Shown one piece after another: positions 10,981 through 22,800 of a stretch of DNA of 64,000 nt. The translations under genes and the position numbers were made by a program. The notes under the pieces are model-generated. The model did no database searches. It worked only from the letters and a program-made list of their open reading frames with translations, and was not told the origin of the DNA. This DNA comes from Nemertoderma westbladi (lineage: Eukaryota > Animalia > Xenacoelomorpha), in NCBI GenBank assembly GCA_032718475.1, contig JAUCBJ010006769.1, positions 1 to 64,000 on the forward strand, given 5' to 3'. Positions within the stretch are counted from its first letter, which is position 1. The number at the start of each line of letters is the position of its first letter.

Positions 10981-12338
10981 CTTCAATAAAAAATCTACCA
11001 ATAAATATTAGGGCCTACATTTACTTAGGCCTAATGATTTCTTTTTTAATTTAATCTAATTAATCACCTTGGGCCTATTTATTTATTTTAAATTTTGGTT
11101 ACCGGTCCGGTACCTACCGGTAATCGAGTGTAATTATAAATAAATAAATTTAATGTACGGCGGAATAAATACATTGAAATATATTTATTACAGCAGTATT
11201 ATACAGTAGGCTACATTGTAGGCCTAGTTAAGAAAAAGAATATTGTCAAAGATATTCGCATTGTATGCATAAGTAGGATAGGCCAGGCCTATATCACAGT
11301 TAAAGTAAATAAAAAAAATAACTATGAAACAATATAATAATTAACAGTCCAATTCAACAAAAATAAGTGTACCAGTAACAACAATAAATCACAGTATAAC
11401 TCAATATGCTTCCAACTGCCCAATACATACCTCAACTTTCAAGCCAGCCCATCAAGAGGGGCATATTCCAGTAGCAGTCTTCAAATCCACATGTAGAAGA
11501 GAGTAGGCCAAGAACTATCTTAGAACAGTTACAATCAGATAACTATACCGCTACCGCGGTAGGAGTTATAGGATAACGCTCAACAGGATAAGCTAATAAG
11601 TTCAGAAGTTATAAGATGATAAATAATTATAAATGAGACAATAAAATATCACACAAATCACCAATCCAACTGCCCTATATATATACAGACACCGGCTCCT
11701 CTACCTCAAGCTAGGCCGTCCACCTTCCCCAATAAGGCACTGTGAATGGCTAATAATCTTACCACAGTATTAATGAGAGGCCGGTTTAACTAATGCAATT
11801 AATTGGCAGATTGGGTTTTAAACATAGAAATATCTCAACTGAACAACTAACACTAAAGACCACAACAACTGGACATGCTGGGAACACTACACTACACACC
11901 TTGATCACATGCTTATATAATAGCTTGTACGGACAGGCCGGTTTTCATTGGGGGGTCCATAGGGTGGAGACTGGTAGATTGGATTGGGATGTCAGATTGG
12001 AATGTGGTGTGGAATGTTAGGAATGTATATGAATCAGCAGTCCGGTAGAGGTTTACATATTTAAAAGAACTGCCGAAATATAAGTTATATGAGTATTATT
12101 TGTTATGATTTCTACCATTATATTCTTCCACGCAAAGTTCCTAGTCCTATAGGTCCAATCAAAACATTCTGTATATTGCCAATGGTTCAACGTAATCAAA
12201 GAGACGACGCTAGACACGCACGCAGCCAATCCCAGTGAAAAATGCACGCAAATAAGTAGTCATAAGTGATAATTCTAGAAAGGCTTTTCTGCGAATGTAG
12301 GCTATTGTGTAATTCATTTCAGTACCGGTCTGCCTAAC

Positions 12339-12566
12339 TGTCTGCACCAGGTGTCTGCACCAGGTGTCTGCACCAGGTGTCTGCACCAGGTGTCTGCACC
12401 AGGTGTCTGCACCAGGTGTCTGCACCAGGTGTCTGCACCAGGTGTCTGCACCAGGTGTCTGCACCAGGTGTCTGCACCAGGTGTCTGCACCAGGTGTCTG
12501 CACCAGGTGTCTGCACCAGTTGTCTGCACCAGGTGTCTGCACCAGGTGTCTGCACCAGGTGTCTGC
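12339..12566. repeat. 13-bp minisatellite (TGTCTGCACCAGG)n, about 17 copies
   Basis: Near-perfect tandem array read directly. Confidence 0.97.
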
Positions 12567-12689
12567 TTAACGTTTACACCCCAATTCCGCTTGGTTTATA
12601 TCTTGATTATCAATAAAATAGTAACGTGAAATATTTATGGAGCGTATATTTGAGAATGTTGAAATAATGCGTTTAGTAGTGTGACCAGC

Positions 12690-13370
12690 GTCTTGAATTT
12701 CCGCTTACCTCTAGCGGCAGACTGGAGAAATGCAGATCGACCACCTTCCTCAGAAAGACGCAGCATGTGCTCTAGTACATATGCCAATATTCACTTTAAA
12801 TAAATTAATATCAAGGAATTGGGGACAGTTATACATTTCGCCCTCTAGCGGCAGACTGGAGGACTCCAGACCGTTTACTGCCTACCAAAGACTCAGGCCG
12901 ACTTCTACTACATATCTGCTACGTTTCAGCTTGAACGGATCATAAATAACGAGATGGGAGAAAGATTTCACTTTCAAACATTTCGCCCTCTAGCGGCAGA
13001 CTGAAGAACTGCACACGGATTAGCCTTCAATTCAATTCAATTCCTTCTTTCAAAGTCACAGCTAATGGTCTAGTACATATCTGCCAAATTTCAGCATAAA
13101 TGGATTAAAAGCAAAGAAATGGGAGGACATTTAACGTTTAGACATGTGGCCCTCTAGCAGGAGACTATTGCTCTGATGGTGTCTGAAAGTCTCTCAAACG
13201 TCTCAACTTTAGCTCATATTGATACCTACAAATTTTCAACTTGGCAGCTTTAAATCCGACAAAGTTATTAGCATGTCAAAATCGTAACGACGACAACGAT
13301 TTCACTTTCAGACCTTTGGCCATCCAGTAAGCAACCGAGGGTGGACTCTCTATAGCCGAGGGGCACTTGT
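12690..13370 (+). mobile_element. Non-autonomous DNA element fragment (Helentron/DINE-like) with repeated CGCCCTCTAGCGGCAGACTG
   Basis: Internal subrepeats. 13050-13295 is a close copy of 32695-32940. Confidence 0.5.
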
Positions 13371-13468
13371 ATAATAACTAATAATCACGAACCCCATCCT
13401 CTTATAATATATAACTCTGTAGTAGTCAGTAGTAGTAGTAGTAATAGTAGTAGTAATAGTAGTAGTAG

Positions 13469-15569
13469 TGTTACGGTATATGGCGCTGTATCCATATTAT
13501 TAGTCATCATGCAGTATGCAATATTAGTCCGTTATACTGTACGTAATATTAGTCCGTTGTGCAGCATAATATTTTAGATAAGGCATAATGACGCAATGAT
13601 ATTTAGATAGGGAAATCGGAACGCCCATATATTTGCATCCATTTATTTTGTATAGTATGTAGCCCTACCTACGTAATTTTGTATTAGGTTATATGTAGAT
13701 AGTTCCAGGGTAAGTTTATTCGGACCCTGGATTCCGTGCTTGCTGATATTAGCTTTAGTAGGGCTAGCATATAGGGACGCCGTCCTGGCCATTCAGTAGC
13801 CAGAGACGTGAACCATTACCATATATGGTAATAATTTGAGCAATAGGGCTACAATCCGGCCTCCTTATTGGATTAACTGCTTCCAGGTTGGTCTAATGCT
13901 AGCATGGACTGGAGAGCCAATAGGAGAGCGATTGAGTCACCCTATTGCATCATCCCACCCGGATCACCTATAAATTGGCGGTGTGCCGGTAGAGCCTGTT
14001 ATCAATCTCTCACTCACATGACACATTCTCACTGCTGTTGAGCTGTCTCTAATTTTGTATTAGGATATCGTACTTTCTGCAATTTGCTAATTTGATTTTT
14101 TTCGTGAAATGATTTGCTAGTGCGATTACTTGCTTGTGTTTCTCAATAATTCCTTCGATTACTGCTAATTACAATTGAACTATGATTTCTACTCTTTGAT
14201 TAATGGTTCTATGTGATTCTTTTCTGCGCAATAATCCTAAGGGATTTCTGAGACTGTCAGACTTTGTGATTTGCATGCGCCGCTACGGTAGCTATTAGCA
14301 TAATGGAGGGCTAAGGTGCCAGTGGGCGATGGGCTCATCGGGGGGTTAGCGACGAAGGGAGTGCGGAGGATTCAAAAGCGGGCAACGCTGGCGGGGGTCA
14401 ACGTTGTGGTCGGGCAGTTTGGACTGTGGGTTGGAGACCGCTCGCCGGTACAGTAATTAGGGGGCTGATGATCCAAGGTTTTGTCTCTATTTAGTATTAG
14501 GGGGCAGGAATTGGGTTAGTTAGGAAGCCTAGATGTACCCGGGAGGGGCCTGCATACCTTACAGTAAGTAAGTAAGGGGGTAAGTACGTAAGTAAGTTGC
14601 GAATTATATAATTGCAGATTGTATAATTGCAAGTCGTGCTATTGTGATCCGTGATTGCTGACTCTGATTGATGTGTTACTAAAGTGTGCCTAAGATTACG
14701 AATGCTTAGATAGGCGCTCTTTTCCCTTTGATTGATTTCTATCTCTTAGTTTACTGTAAATAATTACTGATTAGGTCAAAGTAATACAGTATTTTAGGCT
14801 GTTACATATTTGTGACTGTAATTAATTAGTAAAATTAAGAATTAGTACGCAGCATAGCGGAGAGTAGCTAAGGTAATAATTAGAGTACCGTAAACTATTC
14901 ACGCTGAGCGGTTATTTGAATTAGCGGGCAATAAACTAGATCGCAATAGTTAGTACGCAAGACACTAGTAAGTTGCTGGCCTAAAGCCAGCTGCAGGCAA
15001 GTTTAGACCCAGAGCGGTAACACCTACGAAAGACATTGTACTGTATCATTTTGATTATTTTAAATATTCTCGCATTCACACATTCCGTTAGGGAACCCTC
15101 AGTATTCGCGATTAGAAAAGACGTAAGCATTGGCGTATTTCAGTAGTAAAATTAGGCGTAAGAATATACTCTGAGTGCAAAGCCCCTCGCACTCGTCTTA
15201 AGTAAGCTTAGGGAGCCGACTCGGGTTTATTGTTTTGGTTATTCCCGCGTGGCTCATAGATTCGAACAGTTAGCTCTCTATCGAGCGATCGGTAGAGAAA
15301 GGAACAAGCGATTTTGCAGGAGCTGTGTAAATTTAGTAAAATATATTAGCGGACGGCAGATTAGCGCCATCCAACGGTAAGTAGCGGTTTTGTATTTAGC
15401 AACCCTTACAATTTAGTAATAGCACACTCCTGATCCCCTTTACTTAACAGTAGAGCAGTCTTTGTGTCTTATTGGTTAGGCGAGAGCTCATTAGGTTGGC
15501 AGAGAGGTATACGGGTATTTGTCTGTTCAACAGTTCTGCTGTTAGTATAGGTGTCGCGGTTGTTTAACA
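13469..15569 (+). repeat. 5' LTR of element A
   Basis: Direct repeat of 27895-29995. Only two mismatches seen by eye (13644/28070 and 14329/28755). Confidence 0.98.
13860..14010 (+). promoter_or_regulatory. Putative LTR Pol II promoter (CCAAT boxes + TATA)
   Basis: ATTGG ~13867, AGCCAATAGG ~13915, CCTATAAA ~13967. The LTR of B has the same layout (CCAATAAG twice at 51083/51143, TATATAAAG ~51010, minus). Confidence 0.5.
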
Positions 15570-16812
15570 GTAAGGTATGTGTTATTGTCTGCTGTAGGCC
15601 TACCGCGTACAGTAGGACATAGAGTATATTCTTAGGCCGTGAAGATTTAGATTTACTGATACTTCGTAACAGTAAGGTATGTATTTTGTTTTTCTGTACT
15701 GCGTACAGTAAAGTAAGATTAAGATTACTGTATTAGGCACTGTACTGCGTACAGTAAGACATTAAGTATATTCTTTTAGGCTGATAGTTTAGATTACTGT
15801 ATTCACTGGCTGCGTACGATAGTACAGTAGTACATTAGGCTGATTGCTGTTACTGCGTACGGTAGAAGGACATTTGTTTGCCGTACCACACACACAGTAT
15901 CATTAGGCTGTTAGGTTGGTGTACTGTTTTACTTACTGTACTGCGTACAGTGGATGTACGATAGTGCGTTTTTGCTAATTGCGAATACAGCAGTTCCTTG
16001 GGCTTTAGGGCGAATTGTAATTAGTAAGTTTTTTGAAATTTTAGCTAGGTTTGCGAGAATTCAGTTTCGGTCAAAATTATTTTGTAAAATTCTAGAGTTT
16101 TGTACCGGTATGTTAGGTAACCGTTTAGTTATTTTATACCATCTGGAGATACATGGCAAGACGGAACTTCTGAGTTTGGGGTTCGTGTGGGTCTGCGGGT
16201 TCGGTTTGCAATCAGCGAAGGGACTGAATCTTTGGACGCGGACGTGGAATCTCACAGCAAACAAGGTTAGTTGTTCTGTTGGCACCACTGTGTTTGTGGA
16301 AGCAGTAAAAAATTACCGGTTGTTTAACTGCGAAGCTGAACTCAATTTATTAGTTAGGATATTTAGGTTTAGCCGGCCATGGTTTTTTGAATCGCTCAAG
16401 TTAGAGAGAGAGTTAGAGAGAGTCGCAACCCGAAGATGTAGCCACGCGCTAGTGGATACATATAATATTTGAAACTAAAATTACGTTGATTAGAGCTATA
16501 TATATATAAAATTAGAAATATTCAGGTGGCAAGTATATTTTGAATATTTTGTATTAGATTCAGAGTTATTTTGTGCTATACCGGTATTTAATATTATATA
16601 GTAGCTATATAATAATATTTTTGTTTAAATATTGTGCTAGTATTTGCTATAACTATATACCCCATTAAATTCACAATATTGCATTGCGAATTTATTTGAC
16701 ATTTGGACCAACTGATTATTTGACAAATAATTTGACCGTATTTCGGTTAAATTATAATTATATCTCGAACTTTTGCGAGATATTTTGCCGGAAGGCAAAC
16801 ATTATTTAGACT

Positions 16813-19800
16813 ATGAGTGTCTCAGACAAGGAGGCACTAGAGGACAGCTATGAGACGGCGGCTGGACCGCCGACTGACGATAGCGTAAACATTACTGTTG
16901 ATGACAATGCCGACTATGACGACGCAGCGAGCGACGCTGACGTAAGTGAACAGGAGGACGAGACAGTGACTAGTGAGGAAGAACAACAACCTCAAGTAAT
17001 AGTATTAGGATCCCCTACCGCTACTGTAAGAAAGGACTGCACAGCAGCCCGGACAGAGGTGAGTGATAGGGAGGGTAGTGTAGCAGAAGCGAGAGCCCGG
17101 AGCCCGGTTTCCAGACCTGTGGGTATGGTAAGTGCCGTGGTCCCAACGGCTGTTAGGAGTACCCGTAGTTCCCGAAATAATCCTTCAAGTCCACCGAGTG
17201 TGAGTCAGGTAAGCGAGAGAGAACTTGATATCGCGATAAAGAAGAAACTTCGCGCGCACGCCGGACATATAACTCGGACGACGGACAAGGTAAGGAAGAT
17301 GTTAGCCGACTCAGCGAACATCGGACGGGAAGGGTTAGTAGAGATTAGAAGAGGATATAACTCAGCGTTATTCAAGCAGACGGAGGAGCTTGCAGTCCTA
17401 GCGAAGAAGGCAGTAGAGTCTCAGTCGAGCGACGTGGCGACGAGGATTTACGACAGGGTTTTAGCAGCCTTGTTGGAGCACCGCGAGTTATCGGAGCGAT
17501 TCCGACGAGTTAGGACGGAGAACTGGCTGCTATGGGCATCACAAACGCAGGCGACTCAGGTGAGTGACGCAGATTTAAGAGACTTAGTGGAGCGGGAAGA
17601 GATCCAAGATAAGGAAGAGCGCCGGTATCAAAGGGAAGTTACTAGCTGGCTGATGCAGAATGGAGTGGTGGTGCCGGGCCAGGTGCTACCGACGACGGAG
17701 AACATCCAACAGAGGACGTTGACTCCACCCGACGATGCATCCAGAGACAGCGGCGATTCCCAGGTTAGTCACGCGCGAGGGAAGGTTATATGTGCTAGAT
17801 CCCTTGTTTCTCACAACTCGGCGGAGGAGAGAAGACGCCGACTAGACGAACAGCAGGCGGAAGTTTTGCGTGCACAGGAAGCACGGAAGGAAGCCGAGCG
17901 GGAACGGGAGCGCACACGTAAGTTAGACGCAAAGTTGCGAGAGTTGGAAGAAAAAGGTAAGCGTGAGCAAGCGGAACGCGAACAGGAAGAACGCGAACTT
18001 CAACTTCAACGCGAACAGGAAGAACGCGAACTTCAACTCCAACGCGAACGCGAAGAACGCGAACTCCAACTCCAACGCGAACGCGAAGAACGTGAACTTC
18101 AACTTCAACGCGAACGCGAACGGGAAGCTAAGGAATGCGAGCAAAGAAGACGCGAACTCCAACTCGAACGCGAGCGCAAGGAGCGCGAACTTGAGCGCGA
18201 GAGGGAGCGACGGGCGTTGTATGAAGAGAAGGCGCGTGTGGAAGAAGAGGGCGCAGCGAGACGAGCGAGGGAAGAAGAAGAACGTAAACTGGCGCAGTTG
18301 GAAAGTGCGAGATTAAGTTTAGAGAGCGAAGAACGGACTAGGAAGGCGAACGAAATCGCCGAGAAGGGGATGCGAATGATCGAAGAATGTGGGGCGAGTG
18401 TAGGGACAGAGTTGCGAGAACTGTTCGCACTGCAGAAGGCCGAACAGGAAGCGAGAACTCCGACCATACGCGAGTCGACGACGACCAGAATTCCTATACC
18501 CGGTCCAGCTATTACGAGTACACGGATCGCTAAACCGTTCTCTACATATCGCACGCCGGTTGGTATTGGTGCTTCACCCATCGCTCAGGATCCACGTCAT
18601 CGGAACACCGCACCACTATACACCGAACGCGAGAACGAAGAGTTTAGAGAAACTCCGACGGGCCAAGTATTTGGCGAACCGAACCCGCGGGTTTGGATTA
18701 CGCAGACGGAGCGCCGACCCAGTTCGACGGAGAACTTCCGGGTTAAACCGGAAGAGGGATCATATGAGAGACAGCGGATTACTCAGATAGAGCCGACTAT
18801 ACAACAGAACCCTAGCCAGGAATTTATTACGAGGGATGAGTTAAGTGCTAGTTTAGCGCAAGCTATATCGCCACACATCCAACCTATAACGGACATGCTT
18901 AGCAACCTACGGTTAAAGGAAGCAGCCCAGGTAAGAAGTAATTCAAATCCTAGCAGGCCTGAGTTAGATAAAGTCCAGCCTAGTCAACGAGTACGCATAT
19001 CGGAGGAAACTATACCACATAGACCTCAGGTAAGGACGCCTGTCCCGAATATTCATAATCCCAATTTCGAAAATTCGGCCGAGAAATTTATTCAGGATGC
19101 TTGGGTCAGGGCCTCGGCGCGCAAACCATCGCGAGCGCTAAGGACTGACACCGAGTCAAGCGATGAAGAGGAAGACATGAGACGTCAGAAGTCCCGAAAC
19201 TATAAGGAAAGAAGGACCGACGCGGAGCAGGTAAGTTGGAACCACCGGGAAAGGACCAGACTTAACAACCCTGCGGAACTAAACCATTTGTTAACCCGGA
19301 ACGACGCAACCCTTAGAGACATAGGTAAGTTTGCTGCTAGGCAAGGACTGCCGACGCAACAACCCCAGAAGTTTATGGGTAACCATAAGCATTGGAGGAC
19401 CTTCAAAACCTATGTCGACGAGCAGCTAACCAACAGCACCTTTACTCCCAACGAGAAGTTCAACTATTTGCTTCAGATGCTCCATCGAGAACCTAGAGCC
19501 ATTGCTGATAACTTCGTCGGCAATGAGAGGGCATTTGAGCTAGCGATGAAGACACTTAGTGACATCTACGGGAATAAAACCAAGATGGCGCAGTCGATAG
19601 TAGAAGACTTGGGTAAGGGCGGAAGGATTACAACTCCGTTAGAGCTGTTGAACTTAGCGAACGCTATTTCGAACGCATTGGACATCTTGAGGACGGTAAA
19701 TCTACCTCATCATGGTGATCACGCCGAAGTTTTAAAGAGCGTAATAAGACGTCTAAACATGCGTTACCGACAGAAATGGCGCAAATTAGAGAATAAGTTG

Positions 19801-22800
19801 GAGGGCCAAGGTAAAGTATTGACACTTCAGCATATTCATGACATGATAGCCACAGACGCAGTAGCAGAGATGAAATCAAACTTCTCAGAAGAGAATATGA
19901 GAGAGTCTAAACCTGTTACCGGTAAGTCTATGGTAAGTTTTGACGACGACAGGACCACTGTGACATTTAACTCAGTAGACAGATATAATTCGAGTACCCC
20001 AGCCTTTAGATCAGACTCGCGAGTATGGTCAGGTGAGCGGTTAGATAGACCTAGGTTAAAGCAACAGGAGTTGCCGGATGGATTTGCAGGTTGCCAATAC
20101 TGCTTACTAAAGGAGGTAAGATCTGACGACCATAAGTTAGATAGTTGCAGACGGTTCAAAGAATTAAATTCGGAACAGAGAAGAGTTCAAGTGCGGACGT
20201 TGGACACCTGTTGGGCATGTCTTGCGCCAGGTCATGTACGGCGGCAGTGCCCGAACAGCAAGGACGGATGCATGGAATGCGGCAGACTACATCACAAGTT
20301 GCTACATGCGGATTTCCACACCCCAACGGACCGTTACTTACAGCGAAATCCTCACAGGAAGGGGAGCAAAGAACCCGTATCGATAAGGAGGAATACGTAC
20401 ACTGGCATCCAGGACGATGGTTACCAACCAGGTTCGTCGGACGAGGATGGCGAGTCGAGCGCGAGAGAAGTGACCTGCCAAGGTTTCACCGCGGATAGTT
20501 CATCGACCAGCGCGCGGACGTATTTATCATCGGCCACGTCGGAAATATTTAGCGTGATTCCGGTGAAACTCACTGGCGATAAGGGATCGAAGCGAATATA
20601 TGTGATGTTGGACACTGCGTCCACATTATCCTATATCGACGAGGAAGTGGCGAGAGCCGTTTCTAGCTTCCAGGACGCCGAGGAGATCCAAATAGAGTTG
20701 AAGTCTATGCATGGGGTAGGAGACCTCAATGGACACAGAATTTCGGTGGAACTAGATTCCCTACTTCCGAGAGACCAACACACTCGACAAGAATGGAAAG
20801 CTTTGCCATTGGACGGATTTAAGTGTCTAGCTATGAAGGGATTCGGCAGGCAGTTAGGTAAGGTGCCGCCGATGAGTCCCATAGCACAGGAGTATTTTGA
20901 CAAGCTCAGGATACCCAGACACCAGGTAGGTTATAGGAATGTTTCTATGTTGATTGGTGCAGAACAGCTGATCGCACACCAAATATGGGAAACGAGACCA
21001 GCTGAGCCGCATGTCAATGGACCACATGCCCATAGGACTATACTAGGTTGGTATACAAGAGTACCCATGTCTTATGAGTTTACAGGTGGCGACAAGCCAA
21101 CAAACAGATACGACGAATTACAGCCTATAATTCAACCACCGTTAGTAGAACCACCAGACATAGACGAGTTTAGGAGAACCTGTATTGACCACTATAGTGA
21201 CTTTAGCGAGTCGGACGAGGAGTTGATTCCCGATAATGTTAGGTTGTCGGAACCACTTCATAATGACCGGACAGATAGTGAACCCGAGGACTACTGTTAT
21301 CAGACCCGTGGGTCTGGTTCAACGGTCCACGCTACCTATTTGACTAACGTTTTGACTTATACAGACATAGTGGAGGGTCAAGTGGCTAAATATCGAGACC
21401 TAGACATTTTCCAATACAGTGAGGAGGAATTACAGAAGGAATTGATACGCCAGGACCTCGAGACAGGAGCCAGAACCGTCGAATGGCTGGATAGGGACGC
21501 AATGGAACCCGGTGGATATGACCTAGCCATGTCTACTGATGAGAAACGGTCGCTGGAGATGATGGAAGACACCATACGTCTGCTACCGACTGGACATTTT
21601 GAAGTTGGAATGTTGTGGCGTCGACAACCACCTAAGTTGGAGAACAACTACAGCTTAGCCTTGAAAAGATTAAACGGAGTAAGGGCTCGGTTGTTGAAGA
21701 ATCCGGACATTAGGGAGAAGTATTGCGCCCAGATCAACAACTATTTCGCCAAGGGATTTGCTGGGAAGGTAGAGGACCCTGACTTAGTGACAGACCAGAC
21801 TTATTACCTTCCACACCACTATGTGACTCACCCTGACAAGCCAGACAAAGTCCGAGTAGTCAACGACTGCGCAGCAGTCTATAGAGGTATGTCCCTGAAT
21901 TCAGAGTTGATGGATGGTCCCAACCTGAACAATTATTTGATAGGAATACTGTTGCGTTTTAGACAGCGGCGATTCGCATTTACTTGTGACATCGAGGCGA
22001 TGTTCCACCAGGTAAGAGCCTGTAAGGCAGACCAGGATAGCCTTCGATTTCTCTGGTTTGAGAATGAAGACTTATCCGGCCCAGTGGTTACATACCAAAT
22101 GTACGTTAGGATATTTGGCGCCCGCGATAGTCCAAATGGCACGCTGTTTGTTCTAAAGAAAACGGCAACAGCCCAGATTGGTAAGTATCCAGTAGAAGTA
22201 ATCGAGTCCATCTTGAGAAACTTCTATATGGACGACGGATTGGTGTCCAAGGACACGGCGGAACAAGCCATAGAAGTGGCTCACGGCCTGCAAGAGTGCT
22301 TGGCTACAGGGGGTTTTCCTCTGACCAAGTTCACTACGAACTCGGAGGCCCTATTAGAGTCGTTCCCGGTAAAAGATCGCGGGAGCGGAGACATAGAATT
22401 GGGGGTAGAACCAATCCCCATGGCGCGAGTACTGGGACTCGCTTGGAACCCGAACTCAGATAAGTTCCAGGTAAGAGTTAGATTTGAGCCCAGTAGCCCA
22501 GACAAAGTTTTGACAAAGAGAATTTGCTTATCGACTTTAAGTAGACTATTTGACCCGATGAACTTTATCAGTCCGGTTATATTACAGGCACGAGCGTGCA
22601 TGAGGAAAATTTGGTTGTCCGACGTAGAGTGGGACGAACCAATATCTCCTATACATGCAAAGCAGTGGAGGGAGTGGGAAGCCGAGTTGCATCTATTGAA
22701 AAACATAGATGTACCCCGTTCCTACTTTCCGAATCAGCTGGTATTTCCAACTGATTTAGAGCTGCACCTATTTAGTGACGCAAGTGACACCGGCTTTGGT

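Noticed and set aside
10030-12250. Host gene exons
   Set aside because: Isolated splice-like signals without a coherent reading frame.
12210-12629. Repetitive ORFs (also at 36887 and 41177-41833)
   Set aside because: Translations of minisatellites.
14465-14490. Hammerhead ribozyme at CTGATGA (also ~47122, minus)
   Set aside because: No GAAA core or closing stems.
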